In this document: piece by piece, positions 27,712 through 36,644 of the stretch
How positions within the stretch are numbered: the stretch's first letter is position 1
Layout: each line of letters opens with the position of its first letter
Sequence record: MT446390.1
Source of the DNA: Escherichia phage TH12
Strand: one strand, 5' to 3'
DNA length: 64,000 nt
Translations under genes and position numbers: made by a program
Notes under the pieces: generated by a model
The model's input: only the letters and a program-made list of their open reading frames with translations
Told to the model about the DNA's origin: nothing
Database searches by the model: none

Positions 27712-29525
27712 AAATTGAAAAAGAAATTGAAGGATTAATTTATAAAACTAATAAAGATCTTTTGAACGAGAATGCTAATAAAGATTCTCGTGTTTTTCCA
27801 ACTCAACGGGACCTTATGGCTGGTATTGTGTCTAAGCACATTGCCAAAAATATGGTCCCGTCTTTTATTATGAATGCGCATGAAAGCGGAATCATTCATA
27901 TGCATGATATTGATTATTCTCCTGCTCTTCCGTTTACTAATTGTTGTTTAGTCGATTTAAAGGGGATGCTTGAGAATGGATTTAAATTAGGCAATGCTCA
28001 AATTGAAACGCCTAAATCGATTGGTGTTGCTACTGCAATTATGGCACAAATTACTGCACAAGTTGCTTCCCATCAGTATGGCGGAACTACATTTGCGAAT
28101 GTCGATAAAGTTCTTTCTCCTTATGTTAAACGTACATACGCTAAACATGTTGAAGATGCAGAAAAATGGCAAATACCAGACATTCTGAATTATGCTCAAT
28201 CTAAAACAGAAAAAGACGTATACGATGCATTCCAAGCTTATGAATATGAGGTAAATACTCTTTTTAGTTCAAACGGTCAAACGCCTTTTGTAACAATTAC
28301 ATTTGGTACTGGAACTGATTGGACCGAACGAATGATTCAGAAAGCAATTCTGAAAAATCGGATTAAAGGTCTCGGTCGTGATGGAATAACTCCTATTTTT
28401 CCTAAACTTGTTATGTTTGTTGAAGAAGGTGTTAATCTTTATAAAGATGATCCGAACTATGATATTAAACAACTTGCGTTAGAATGTGCAAGCAAAAGAA
28501 TGTATCCTGACATTATTTCGGTTAAGAATAATAAAGCTATTACTGGTTCTTCAGTTCCAGTTTCTCCAATGGGTTGCCGTAGTTTCTTGAGTGTATGGAA
28601 AGATTCGACTGGTAATGAAATTCTTGATGGACGTAATAATCTCGGTGTTGTAACACTGAATCTTCCTCGCATCGCGTTAGATTCTTATATTGGAACACAG
28701 TTCAATGAACAGAAATTTGTTGAGCTATTTAATGAACGAATGGATCTGTGCTTTGAAGCCTTGATGTGTAGAATTAGTTCCTTAAAAGGAGTTAAAGCGA
28801 CTGTTGCTCCTATTCTTTACCAAGAAGGTGCATTCGGGGTTCGTCTTAAACCTGATGACGACATAATTGAGTTATTTAAAAACGGTAGAAGTTCAGTGTC
28901 TTTAGGATACATTGGTATTCACGAATTGAATATTCTTGTCGGACGTGATATTGGACAAGAAATTTTAACTAAAATGAATGCTCATCTTAAACAGTGGACC
29001 GAAAGAACTGGATTTGCTTTTAGCTTATATTCTACTCCTGCTGAAAACCTTTGTTATCGCTTCTGTAAACTTGATACAGAAAAATATGGAAGTGTAAAAG
29101 ATGTCACTGATAAAGGCTGGTACACTAACAGTTTCCATGTTTCAGTAGAAGAAAATATTACTCCGTTTGAAAAGATTTCTCGTGAAGCCCCATATCATTT
29201 CATTGCGACAGGCGGTCACATTTCTTATGTTGAACTTCCTGATATGAAAAATAACCTAAAAGGTCTTGAGGCTGTATGGGATTATGCTGCACAACATTTA
29301 GATTATTTTGGTGTTAATATGCCAGTAGATAAATGTTTTACATGTGGAAGTACTCATGAAATGACTCCTACTGAAAATGGATTTGTTTGTTCAGTTTGCG
29401 GAGAAACTGATCCTAAAAAGATGAACACTATAAGAAGGACCTGCGGTTATTTGGGAAATCCGAACGAGCGCGGATTTAATCTAGGCAAAAATAAAGAAAT
29501 CATGCATAGGGTTAAACACCAATGA
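27708..29525 (+). CDS. nrdD: anaerobic ribonucleotide reductase, uninterrupted
   Basis: 605 aa, C-terminal glycyl-radical motif RTCGYLG; matches T4 NrdD. Confidence 0.95.
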   Translation: MKIEKEIEGLIYKTNKDLLNENANKDSRVFPTQRDLMAGIVSKHIAKNMVPSFIMNAHESGIIHMHDIDYSPALPFTNCCLVDLKGMLENGFKLGNAQIETPKSIGVATAIMAQITAQVASHQYGGTTFANVDKVLSPYVKRTYAKHVEDAEKWQIPDILNYAQSKTEKDVYDAFQAYEYEVNTLFSSNGQTPFVTITFGTGTDWTERMIQKAILKNRIKGLGRDGITPIFPKLVMFVEEGVNLYKDDPNYDIKQLALECASKRMYPDIISVKNNKAITGSSVPVSPMGCRSFLSVWKDSTGNEILDGRNNLGVVTLNLPRIALDSYIGTQFNEQKFVELFNERMDLCFEALMCRISSLKGVKATVAPILYQEGAFGVRLKPDDDIIELFKNGRSSVSLGYIGIHELNILVGRDIGQEILTKMNAHLKQWTERTGFAFSLYSTPAENLCYRFCKLDTEKYGSVKDVTDKGWYTNSFHVSVEENITPFEKISREAPYHFIATGGHISYVELPDMKNNLKGLEAVWDYAAQHLDYFGVNMPVDKCFTCGSTHEMTPTENGFVCSVCGETDPKKMNTIRRTCGYLGNPNERGFNLGKNKEIMHRVKHQ

Positions 29526-29992
29526 ATTATGATAGATTTTATCCTTGCGATTTTGTGAATGGTCCTGGTTGTAGGGTCGTTCTTTTCGTTACGGGGTGTT
29601 TGCATAAATGCGAAGGGTGTTATAATAAATCAACATGGAATGCTAGAAATGGTATTCCATTCACTGGTGAAACACTAGAACAATTAATTGAATGTTTGAA
29701 TAATTATTATATAGAAGGATTAACTATAACCGGAGGAGACCCTCTCTATCCTGATAACCGAGATGTTATTCATTACATTGTTCAAACAGTAAAAAATCTT
29801 TATCCCAATAAAAGCATTTGGTTGTGGACAGGATATAAGTTTGAAGATATTAAACAGCTAGAAATGCTTAAATATGTTGATGTTATTATTGATGGGAAGT
29901 ATGAGAAAAATCTTCCGACCAAAAAGCTGTGGCGAGGATCAGATAATCAGCGACTTTGGTCAAATACCGATGGGGTGTGGAAACATGATTAA
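29522..29992 (+). CDS. nrdG: anaerobic RNR activating enzyme (radical SAM)
   Basis: CLHKCEGC CxxxCxxC motif; ATGA-coupled to nrdD. Confidence 0.9.
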   Translation: MNYDRFYPCDFVNGPGCRVVLFVTGCLHKCEGCYNKSTWNARNGIPFTGETLEQLIECLNNYYIEGLTITGGDPLYPDNRDVIHYIVQTVKNLYPNKSIWLWTGYKFEDIKQLEMLKYVDVIIDGKYEKNLPTKKLWRGSDNQRLWSNTDGVWKHD

Positions 29993-30103
29993 ATTGAATT
30001 ACATTATGGATACTATAAATGATATGATTTTTCATTTTGGTCCAGAATTTTATTCGCAATATGGTTTGCTTATCAATGCTTGGTTAATTAATTAAGGGTA
30101 AAT

Positions 30104-30319
30104 ATGTATAAATTTCGTAAAGGTTTAGCTGATTTTCTTACAACTGTAACGTTCTTTTTGTTTATGGCAGTTGGAGCTATTTTTCTTATTCCTTTTACTG
30201 GTGTATTTTTCGTGATTAGTTTAATTTCTCCAGAAAAGGGCTTATCTTCTAATGAGTTCAATGAGCGTCTGGATAAAATTACTAACAAACTGAATTCTGT
30301 TCTTGATAAAAAGGCTTAA
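30104..30319 (+). CDS. small membrane protein (71 aa)
   Basis: Hydrophobic helix. Confidence 0.5.
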   Translation: MYKFRKGLADFLTTVTFFLFMAVGAIFLIPFTGVFFVISLISPEKGLSSNEFNERLDKITNKLNSVLDKKA

Positions 30320-30321
30320 TT

Positions 30322-30639
30322 ATGATTAGTTTTGAGCGGTATGTAGTAGAGAGTTGGAATGGGTTTGATATGTTCGGTAATGACTATTATTTTTACGAAT
30401 GTAATCTAAATCCTAGTTTTTGGGCTGGACGTGAACGAGATCTCGAAGAAATTAATGCTCGCGCCGAATTGTTAGGTGAACTGCCTACAGTTTATTTTAC
30501 ATTTGATGAATCTGGATTTGTTATCCAGGTTTATTTTCCTGAAGAAAACTCTGGTGAGGATTCTGTTAATCCTCCTTATTGGGCTTATCAAGGAATTATT
30601 TCTCGTGGAACAAAACTCGAACTTAAAGAACAAGATTGA
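30322..30639 (+). CDS. hypothetical protein (105 aa)
   Basis: ORF. Confidence 0.5.
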   Translation: MISFERYVVESWNGFDMFGNDYYFYECNLNPSFWAGRERDLEEINARAELLGELPTVYFTFDESGFVIQVYFPEENSGEDSVNPPYWAYQGIISRGTKLELKEQD

Positions 30640-30928
30640 AATCTATGGCATCCCTGAAGAAGTTGGACGTTGTCCAGGATGTTATACTGTTACAAAACTT
30701 TTAAAGGAGCTCAATGCTCCTTATACATTTTATAAAGTCCTCACTAATAATGGTAAGATTGAATATGACCGTCCTTTAATCGTATCTCTTGCTAAACGTG
30801 CAGGATTCACTTCACTTAATATTCGTTATCCTGTCATATTTTTAAATGGTAAGAAACAAAAGAATATTGCAGAGTTTAAAAAGTCCTTGATTTCATTAGG
30901 ATACGACTCTGATATCATAGAAGATTGA
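30605..30928 (+). CDS. nrdH: glutaredoxin-like protein (NrdH-like; CPGC); start unresolved (GTG at 30605 or frameshift from upstream ORF)
   Basis: KIEIYGIPEEVGRCPGCY resembles NrdC N-terminus; no in-frame ATG near fold start. Confidence 0.45.
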   Translation: MEQNSNLKNKIEIYGIPEEVGRCPGCYTVTKLLKELNAPYTFYKVLTNNGKIEYDRPLIVSLAKRAGFTSLNIRYPVIFLNGKKQKNIAEFKKSLISLGYDSDIIED

Positions 30929-30951
30929 CCAGGTGCCGCCTGGTCTTCTTT
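30927..30951 (+). terminator. hairpin terminator GACCAGG-TGCCG-CCTGGTC + TTCTTT
   Basis: 7-bp stem then T-rich run. Confidence 0.5.
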
Positions 30952-31036
30952 ATCCCATTTCTAATATAATCTATTGGAACCCTCACTTCACTATCTCCTT
31001 GTGCCCCTCTCAAATCAAAAATATTTTCATAAAACA

Positions 31037-31065
31037 GTTTACATCCTCGATAGATATGTTAAGAT
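31037..31065 (+). promoter_or_regulatory. early promoter (GTTTAC, 17 nt, TAAGAT)
   Basis: Motif. Confidence 0.45.
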
Positions 31066-31093
31066 TAAACCATCTGCTATAGAGGAAAACAAA

Positions 31094-31276
31094 ATGACAA
31101 TTGAAGATAAAGAAATTAAGGTTGACCAGTACTATTCTGTCAACGGTAATGCAGTACAGATAACCAGAGTTTCAAGCCTGGATGTTTGGTACCGTTCAAT
31201 CAAATATCCAGAAATTGGTGAAATGCTTTGTGACCGTAGTATCTTCTGTTCAATTGCGAAGGAAATTAAGCCATGA
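31094..31276 (+). CDS. hypothetical protein (60 aa)
   Basis: ATG after AGAGGAAAA. Confidence 0.45.
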   Translation: MTIEDKEIKVDQYYSVNGNAVQITRVSSLDVWYRSIKYPEIGEMLCDRSIFCSIAKEIKP

Positions 31277-31521
31277 TTAGTTTAGATTCAAAGAAAGTTG
31301 TTCTAACCCTTAAAGTTAATGATGAGCGACCGGTATTCGTTACCATTTCCGATTTGCATGTTGAAATTGCTAATGGCGTTCGTACTTATCAAACGTCTAA
31401 AACTCAATGGGACTATATCCCAATGTTGACGCTTACTCAGCGTTTAGAATCAATCGGACTTAAAGACCTTTCAGTAAGTGAAGTGAATTTTATCAAACGC
31501 ATTGTATCAATCAACCTCTGA
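31273..31521 (+). CDS. hypothetical protein (82 aa)
   Basis: ATGA overlap. Confidence 0.5.
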   Translation: MISLDSKKVVLTLKVNDERPVFVTISDLHVEIANGVRTYQTSKTQWDYIPMLTLTQRLESIGLKDLSVSEVNFIKRIVSINL

Positions 31522-31528
31522 GGTACTT

Positions 31529-31822
31529 ATGGGTAAAACATATCGTCGTAAAGATTTGAAAGTTCGCGATTACGACTATTTTGGTAAGCGTAAAGCTCCT
31601 GATGGTGTTAGCCACAAAGACATGGTTGAAAACATCTTCCGCTCAGATAAATGGAAACGTATGAAAGGCGTTGATTCTGAAGTCAAGAATGAAATGAATC
31701 GACAACTCCGCAAAGAAGTTCGTAAGTTGAAAAAAGATGTTTACAGTAAAGAAGATTATGATTATAATACTTCTCATACTGAAGCCAAACGTAAAGCTAA
31801 CGAATGTTATCGTTACAGTTGA
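31529..31822 (+). CDS. basic hypothetical protein (97 aa)
   Basis: ATG after GAGGT. Confidence 0.45.
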   Translation: MGKTYRRKDLKVRDYDYFGKRKAPDGVSHKDMVENIFRSDKWKRMKGVDSEVKNEMNRQLRKEVRKLKKDVYSKEDYDYNTSHTEAKRKANECYRYS

Positions 31823-31829
31823 GGAAATT

Positions 31830-31964
31830 ATGAATATCAAACGAATGCTTTTTAAGCAGGGATTATATACTTTAAATGTTAATCCAAAGGGTGATACAAC
31901 TAAATGGTCTGTAAATGACTGGATTAAGTTCATCGATGAAAATGGGGCATGGAACACAAAATGA
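31830..31964 (+). CDS. small hypothetical protein (44 aa)
   Basis: ATG after GAGGAAA. Confidence 0.35.
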   Translation: MNIKRMLFKQGLYTLNVNPKGDTTKWSVNDWIKFIDENGAWNTK

Positions 31965-32161
31965 ATCCTGAAAATATTGTGTCATGGCAACTTCGTGAAG
32001 AACGTGCAGAATTCTTTGCCAATATGAAACTCAACGGTGTTGAGGATGAAGACTTTTTACGCTGGTTCTGGATTTACAAATACAAAGAATGCCAACATGC
32101 TGTGCTATTGACTTGCGCAATTATGTACGAAGGCTGGAAAGGCGCTAAAAAGTTCGGTTAA
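31961..32161 (+). CDS. hypothetical protein (66 aa)
   Basis: ATGA overlap. Confidence 0.45.
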   Translation: MNPENIVSWQLREERAEFFANMKLNGVEDEDFLRWFWIYKYKECQHAVLLTCAIMYEGWKGAKKFG

Positions 32162-32216
32162 TAGTTTATGATGGTAGGAAGATAACACTTCTTCCTACCA
32201 ATTTGAGGAGAATATC

Positions 32217-32456
32217 ATGGAACAAGAATTAGACATTATTACATCGAAAAAACGTCTTGAAGTTGTAGTGAATGGCTCAACTATTAAGTTTGTATATGAC
32301 ACTTTAACTGATGCTATTACCGTTAGTTGTGGTGGAAAGGCTTTTAGTCTAGATTCTACTGAAAACAAATACCCGTTCTATAAAGGTATCTTTGATATGG
32401 GTGTTGATATCAGTGTTCGTCAAGCAAACTATTTACATTATCTTATCACTAAATAA
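32217..32456 (+). CDS. hypothetical protein (79 aa)
   Basis: GAGGAGAA RBS. Confidence 0.5.
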   Translation: MEQELDIITSKKRLEVVVNGSTIKFVYDTLTDAITVSCGGKAFSLDSTENKYPFYKGIFDMGVDISVRQANYLHYLITK

Positions 32457-32460
32457 CGCA

Positions 32461-32504
32461 CAAACTCTTGAGAGCAGAGTATAATGTTCTCATTGGATAA
32501 TAAA
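32461..32504 (+). repeat. 44-bp repeat copy 2
   Basis: Near-identical to 3349-3392. Confidence 0.8.
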
Positions 32505-32522
32505 ATAACCGAGGAAAATAAT

Positions 32523-32855
32523 ATGTCTACTAAAATCAAAAACGTGGTGAACTCTTTCGCTTTCGATAAAGTTGTTAGTCTTCTAGAAAAAGGCGGTATT
32601 GTTACTCCTCAAGTTCTTGACGCATGGGAATTCCGTCTTTATGAAATCATGCAAAAACACGACCAGAAAATTGGACGTAATTCTATTCGCGAAATTCTAG
32701 TACAATATATTCTTTCTGAATTTGACGTTGCTGCATTTGGTGTTGAATCTAAAGCTTATCAGAAACATGAAATCTCTGAAAAGACTATCCGTCGTATGAA
32801 AAATCAACGTAAGAAAAAATTCGTTGACCTGAAAATTGTTAAGGCGGTAAAATGA
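32523..32855 (+). CDS. hypothetical protein (110 aa)
   Basis: ATG after GAGGAAAA. Confidence 0.5.
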   Translation: MSTKIKNVVNSFAFDKVVSLLEKGGIVTPQVLDAWEFRLYEIMQKHDQKIGRNSIREILVQYILSEFDVAAFGVESKAYQKHEISEKTIRRMKNQRKKKFVDLKIVKAVK

Positions 32856-33079
32856 GCGTATTAACAGAAACTTTGATTAATGACCTGCGTCTAGCTGGTT
32901 ACGAAGTTGGTACAAATAGTCTAGGTCTTCCTCAGATTGAAGGTCCTGGATTTATTCTAGAATATGAATTTAAACAATGGTGGCTATATGCTACGGTTGA
33001 CGATGCGTTGAATATTGATTTCGTTGACCAATTTGATTCGCTGGATGCTGCTCTTGAAGCAGCAAAGGAACTAGAATGA
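32852..33079 (+). CDS. hypothetical acidic protein (75 aa)
   Basis: ATGA overlap. Confidence 0.5.
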   Translation: MSVLTETLINDLRLAGYEVGTNSLGLPQIEGPGFILEYEFKQWWLYATVDDALNIDFVDQFDSLDAALEAAKELE

Positions 33080-33345
33080 AACTATCTCGAATCGCTATAA
33101 CTGAAGAAAAGCTGGGCGAATTTTACGTCGACAACTTTATGAAAGTTACGTATTTTCCATTTGTTAAAGGTGTCGGTTTTTGGGAAACTCATGTATCTCA
33201 ATTAAATGAAGGCGACTATAACGAAACACATGAGAACTTTTTAGATTTTCTTTATAACGCTGGTCTTACTGAGCTTTATATCGATATCCATGAGTTCAAA
33301 CGTTTAATGGAAAAAGTATTCCAGGCGTATTGTTTGCTCCGATAG
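33076..33345 (+). CDS. hypothetical protein (89 aa)
   Basis: ATGA overlap. Confidence 0.5.
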   Translation: MKLSRIAITEEKLGEFYVDNFMKVTYFPFVKGVGFWETHVSQLNEGDYNETHENFLDFLYNAGLTELYIDIHEFKRLMEKVFQAYCLLR

Positions 33346-33417
33346 TATCTCGTGCTTTAAGATAGGTCTCTAAATATTATGATATAATAGACCTATGAAT
33401 TGAGCCAAGAGGTACTT

Positions 33418-33975
33418 ATGACTGAACAAAAACCTAAAAATAACTATGTGAATAATAAAGAGCTTCTCGCCGCTATAATCGAGTGGAAAAAGGAGCTCTT
33501 AAATAATAAAGACCCAAACAAAATTATTCGTCAGAATGATACCATCGGTTTAGCAATTATGCTTATCGCCGAAGGCCTGTCCAAACGTTTCAACTTTTCA
33601 GGATATACCCAGTCTTGGAAGCAGGAGATGATTGCAGATGGGATTGAAGCCTCTATTAAGGGACTTCATAATTTCGACGAAACTAAGTACAATAACCCAC
33701 ATGCATACATAACTCGAGCTTGTTTTAATGCTTTTGTCCAACGTATCAAAAAAGAACGTAAGGAAGTTGCAAAGAAATATAGTTACTTCGTTCATAATGT
33801 CTACGACAGTCATGACGATGATATGGTAGCGTTGGTAGATGAAACGTTTATTCAAGACATCTACGATAAAATGACGCATTATGAAGAATCCGCTTATAAA
33901 GCTCCTGGGGCTGAAAAGAAGGAAGTTGTTAGCGATTCGCCTAGTTTGGATTTTTTATATGAGGATGACAATTGA
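33418..33975 (+). CDS. 55: late-transcription sigma factor gp55
   Basis: [24 protein letters not shown] ... near-identical to T4 gp55 (185 aa). Confidence 0.95.
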   Translation: MTEQKPKNNYVNNKELLAAIIEWKKELLNNKDPNKIIRQNDTIGLAIMLIAEGLSKRFNFSGYTQSWKQEMIADGIEASIKGLHNFDETKYNNPHAYITRACFNAFVQRIKKERKEVAKKYSYFVHNVYDSHDDDMVALVDETFIQDIYDKMTHYEESAYKAPGAEKKEVVSDSPSLDFLYEDDN

Positions 33976-34174
33976 TATCTCTAACTACTTAGAAGAACCT
34001 TTTGACGAAGCAATCCCTTATTTGGTAAAACTGTTGGGTCGAGAATTTAAAATTAATTTTGACATCGACCCTTTGAACCCACATGACGTGTCATTTTCGA
34101 TAAATGGGACTCCAGTTGAGTACGAGTTCTGTATTGAAGAGGACGGACGTTTTTATTTTAATTTAATGAGATAA
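33965..34174 (+). CDS. hypothetical protein (about 70 aa); start uncertain
   Basis: ORF overlapping gene 55 end; poor RBS. Confidence 0.3.
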   Translation: MTIDISNYLEEPFDEAIPYLVKLLGREFKINFDIDPLNPHDVSFSINGTPVEYEFCIEEDGRFYFNLMR

Positions 34175-34175
34175 T

Positions 34176-34499
34176 ATGACTACCGAGATTATTGAAAATA
34201 AAGAAGCAGAAGATGCAGTAGCTAAAATGCTACAAGAAATCCAAAAGAAAAATGAAGCTGAAGCACGTAAAAAATCCGAAAAGATTCTTAAAAAGAATCG
34301 TTTTGAACTAAACCGTCTTTATGCTCATGCTCAAGAAGCAGCAATTCAAAACAACTTCGAAGCTTACGAATATGCTATTAAGAAATCTCGGGATATTCTA
34401 CGACAACCATATAATGAAAAGTTAATTAAAATCCAATGGGTTACTACTCGTCAGGCTATTGAGGACATCATTAATGGCACTACTTCAAACAAAGTTTAA
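34176..34499 (+). CDS. hypothetical protein (107 aa)
   Basis: ORF. Confidence 0.5.
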   Translation: MTTEIIENKEAEDAVAKMLQEIQKKNEAEARKKSEKILKKNRFELNRLYAHAQEAAIQNNFEAYEYAIKKSRDILRQPYNEKLIKIQWVTTRQAIEDIINGTTSNKV

Positions 34500-34680
34500 A
34501 CGTCTGAATTTGAACGCAGGGTTCACCCTTAAATTGGGAGGTCCTCTTTGTGTTAAAATTTCTGAAAAGGAATATCACGACGGTTCTATTACAGAAATTT
34601 GTCCGCCTATTGTAAAGGCAGACCCAAAACAACTCGTGTGGGTTGATTCATTTCAAGTTAAGAAATGGTGGAAACGATGA
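34474..34680 (+). CDS. hypothetical protein (68 aa)
   Basis: ORF. Confidence 0.35.
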   Translation: MALLQTKFKRLNLNAGFTLKLGGPLCVKISEKEYHDGSITEICPPIVKADPKQLVWVDSFQVKKWWKR

Positions 34681-34769
34681 TAACGTGGACAGGTGGCTAA
34701 TGAAAGACGAACACCCGGATTTTTAAGCTTATGAATGACAAATACGAAAAAGTTTAAGGGGTCATATGA

Positions 34770-34943
34770 ATGACGAATTTGACGGATTTTGATAAGATTA
34801 AATCTGACAAAAATGAGATGATACTTCAATTTGAAGCCGCTCGTATTAAAGCAGAAAATGAAGGTACTATTACCCGCAAGAAAATCAAGTTCACGTCTAG
34901 TCGCGAACCTCTGTACGGTGTGTTAATTGGAAAGGAAGCCTAG
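34770..34943 (+). CDS. small hypothetical protein (57 aa), absent from track
   Basis: ATG 9 nt after AAGGGG; stop inside terminator hairpin. Confidence 0.35.
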   Translation: MTNLTDFDKIKSDKNEMILQFEAARIKAENEGTITRKKIKFTSSREPLYGVLIGKEA

Positions 34944-34957
34944 TGCTTCCTTTTTTT
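34934..34957 (+). terminator. intrinsic terminator GGAAGC-CTAGT-GCTTCC + TTTTTTT
   Basis: Stem-loop plus 7-T run. Confidence 0.65.
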
Positions 34958-35004
34958 GCTTTATATTCTGGATGATAAAATGAACCAACTAATGAGGAAA
35001 ACAT

Positions 35005-35148
35005 ATGATTATATTTTTAGGTGTGACCATATTGATATTAGCCTTCTATCTATTCACTAGGGCGTGCTGGATAGGTTTCTTTAGTGCCCCAGATGGATTA
35101 ATTTCTGTGGTTTTATTTTGCATTGCGATAACGGCGTTAGACTTATGA
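35005..35148 (+). CDS. small membrane protein (47 aa), absent from track
   Basis: ATG after TGAGGAAA; ATGA-coupled to gene 47. Confidence 0.4.
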   Translation: MIIFLGVTILILAFYLFTRACWIGFFSAPDGLISVVLFCIAITALDL

Positions 35149-36164
35149 AAATTTTACATTTAGGTGACTTCCATATCGGCGTTAAACAGGACGACCCATG
35201 GGTTCAAGATATTCAACGGGATGGTATTCGTCAAGCAATTGAATACTCTAAGAAACACGGTATTAAAACTTGGATTCAGTACGGTGATTGGTTTGACGTC
35301 CGTAAAGCAATTACACATCGTACGATGGAATTCAATCGTGAAATAGTTGATATGATTTCTAAGGCAGGCATTCACGTTCATGTCACGATAGGAAACCATG
35401 ACATGGCGTTTAAGAATACAATAACACCTAACACTGTTTCTGAATTGTTAACTCAATTTGAAAACTTTACTATTTACGAACATCCAACTACTGTAGATTT
35501 TGACGGATGTCTGATCGATATCGTTCCGTGGATGTGTGAAGAAAATACAGGTGAAATCTTAGAGCACATCAAGACTTCTTCCGCAGCGTACTGTGTTGGG
35601 CACTGGGAACTGAACGGCTTTTATTTCTATAAAGGAATGAAGTCTCATGGGCTTGAACCTGATTTCTTAAAGACCTATAAACAAGTCTGGTCTGGCCACT
35701 TCCACACAATCTCTGAAGCTGCTAACGTCAAATATATTGGGACACCATGGACCCTTACTGCAGGTGATGAGAACGATCCGCGAGGATTCTGGGTATTTGA
35801 CACTGTTGTTGAACGTATGGAATTTATTCCCAATGAAACGACATGGCATCGACGAATCACTTATCCATTTAAAGGCAAAATCAATTATTCTGATTATACT
35901 AATCTAGCCGTACGTGTTATAGTATCAGAAATTGATTCAGAGTTGACTAAATTTGAATCTGAACTTGAAAAAGTAGTTCACTCTCTTCGTATGGTTTCTA
36001 AAGTTGATAACAGTGTTGAATCTGATGACGACCAGGAAATCGAGATTAAATCACTTCAAGATATCATTAAAGAATATATTGACGCGATTCCGGATATCTC
36101 AGACGAAGACAGAGAAGCGCTGGTCAAATATTCCAACGAACTTTATATTGAGGCAACACAATGA
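35145..36164 (+). CDS. 47: recombination nuclease subunit gp47 (Mre11/SbcD-like)
   Basis: MKILHLGDFH ... GNHD phosphoesterase motifs. Confidence 0.95.
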   Translation: MKILHLGDFHIGVKQDDPWVQDIQRDGIRQAIEYSKKHGIKTWIQYGDWFDVRKAITHRTMEFNREIVDMISKAGIHVHVTIGNHDMAFKNTITPNTVSELLTQFENFTIYEHPTTVDFDGCLIDIVPWMCEENTGEILEHIKTSSAAYCVGHWELNGFYFYKGMKSHGLEPDFLKTYKQVWSGHFHTISEAANVKYIGTPWTLTAGDENDPRGFWVFDTVVERMEFIPNETTWHRRITYPFKGKINYSDYTNLAVRVIVSEIDSELTKFESELEKVVHSLRMVSKVDNSVESDDDQEIEIKSLQDIIKEYIDAIPDISDEDREALVKYSNELYIEATQ

Positions 36165-36418
36165 CTTTAGATGAATTTAACAATGCTGGGCTTGGGCTTG
36201 AAGTTGAAATAGACGTTAAAGATGATGATGGATTCGAGAACACTATCAAGTATTGGATTGAGCCATTACGCGTTGAAGGCAATGAAGTTAAAGCCGTTCA
36301 TGTCTGTACCGACTGGGCTATTGAATTTAGCTTTAATATAATGGACAACGATACTCCTGGCTCTATTCTTAAAATGGCTGAAGCGTGTATTGAGGATGCG
36401 TATAATGACGAAGACTGA
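36161..36418 (+). CDS. hypothetical acidic protein (85 aa)
   Basis: ATGA overlap. Confidence 0.5.
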   Translation: MTLDEFNNAGLGLEVEIDVKDDDGFENTIKYWIEPLRVEGNEVKAVHVCTDWAIEFSFNIMDNDTPGSILKMAEACIEDAYNDED

Positions 36419-36644
36419 TTATGAAATCCATCGTCATGAATTTAGTATTGGTGATGGTTATATTGGTATCGTTGAATGGACTGAGAATTACGAGGAATCA
36501 ACTCCTCGTTTCTTTGGAACAATGTATGTTACCTGTGAGTACGCACCAGGTGTTGTTATGTATGCAGAACTAGATGAATATTTTGCTGATAGGGATGACA
36601 TGTTAAAATATGTAGAGGACTTCATTCGAAGAGAATACATATGA
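36405..36644 (+). CDS. hypothetical protein (79 aa)
   Basis: ATG 8 nt after GAGGA. Confidence 0.45.
   Translation: MTKTDYEIHRHEFSIGDGYIGIVEWTENYEESTPRFFGTMYVTCEYAPGVVMYAELDEYFADRDDMLKYVEDFIRREYI

Noticed and set aside
29874-30095. 73-aa ORF overlapping the 3' end of nrdG
   Set aside because: Mostly an alternative frame of nrdG; only a 36-aa tail from ATG 29985 is non-overlapping, which is too weak to call.
30476-30928. Track start at ATG 30476 for the glutaredoxin-like ORF
   Set aside because: The added 50 residues overlap the upstream ORF in another frame and look like junk; the start is more likely the GTG at 30605 or a frameshift.
33353-33389. Possible MotA box (TGCTTTA) upstream of gene 55
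   Set aside because: Spacing to any TAnnnT -10 is off by 2-3 nt from the usual 11-13; left as uncertain.
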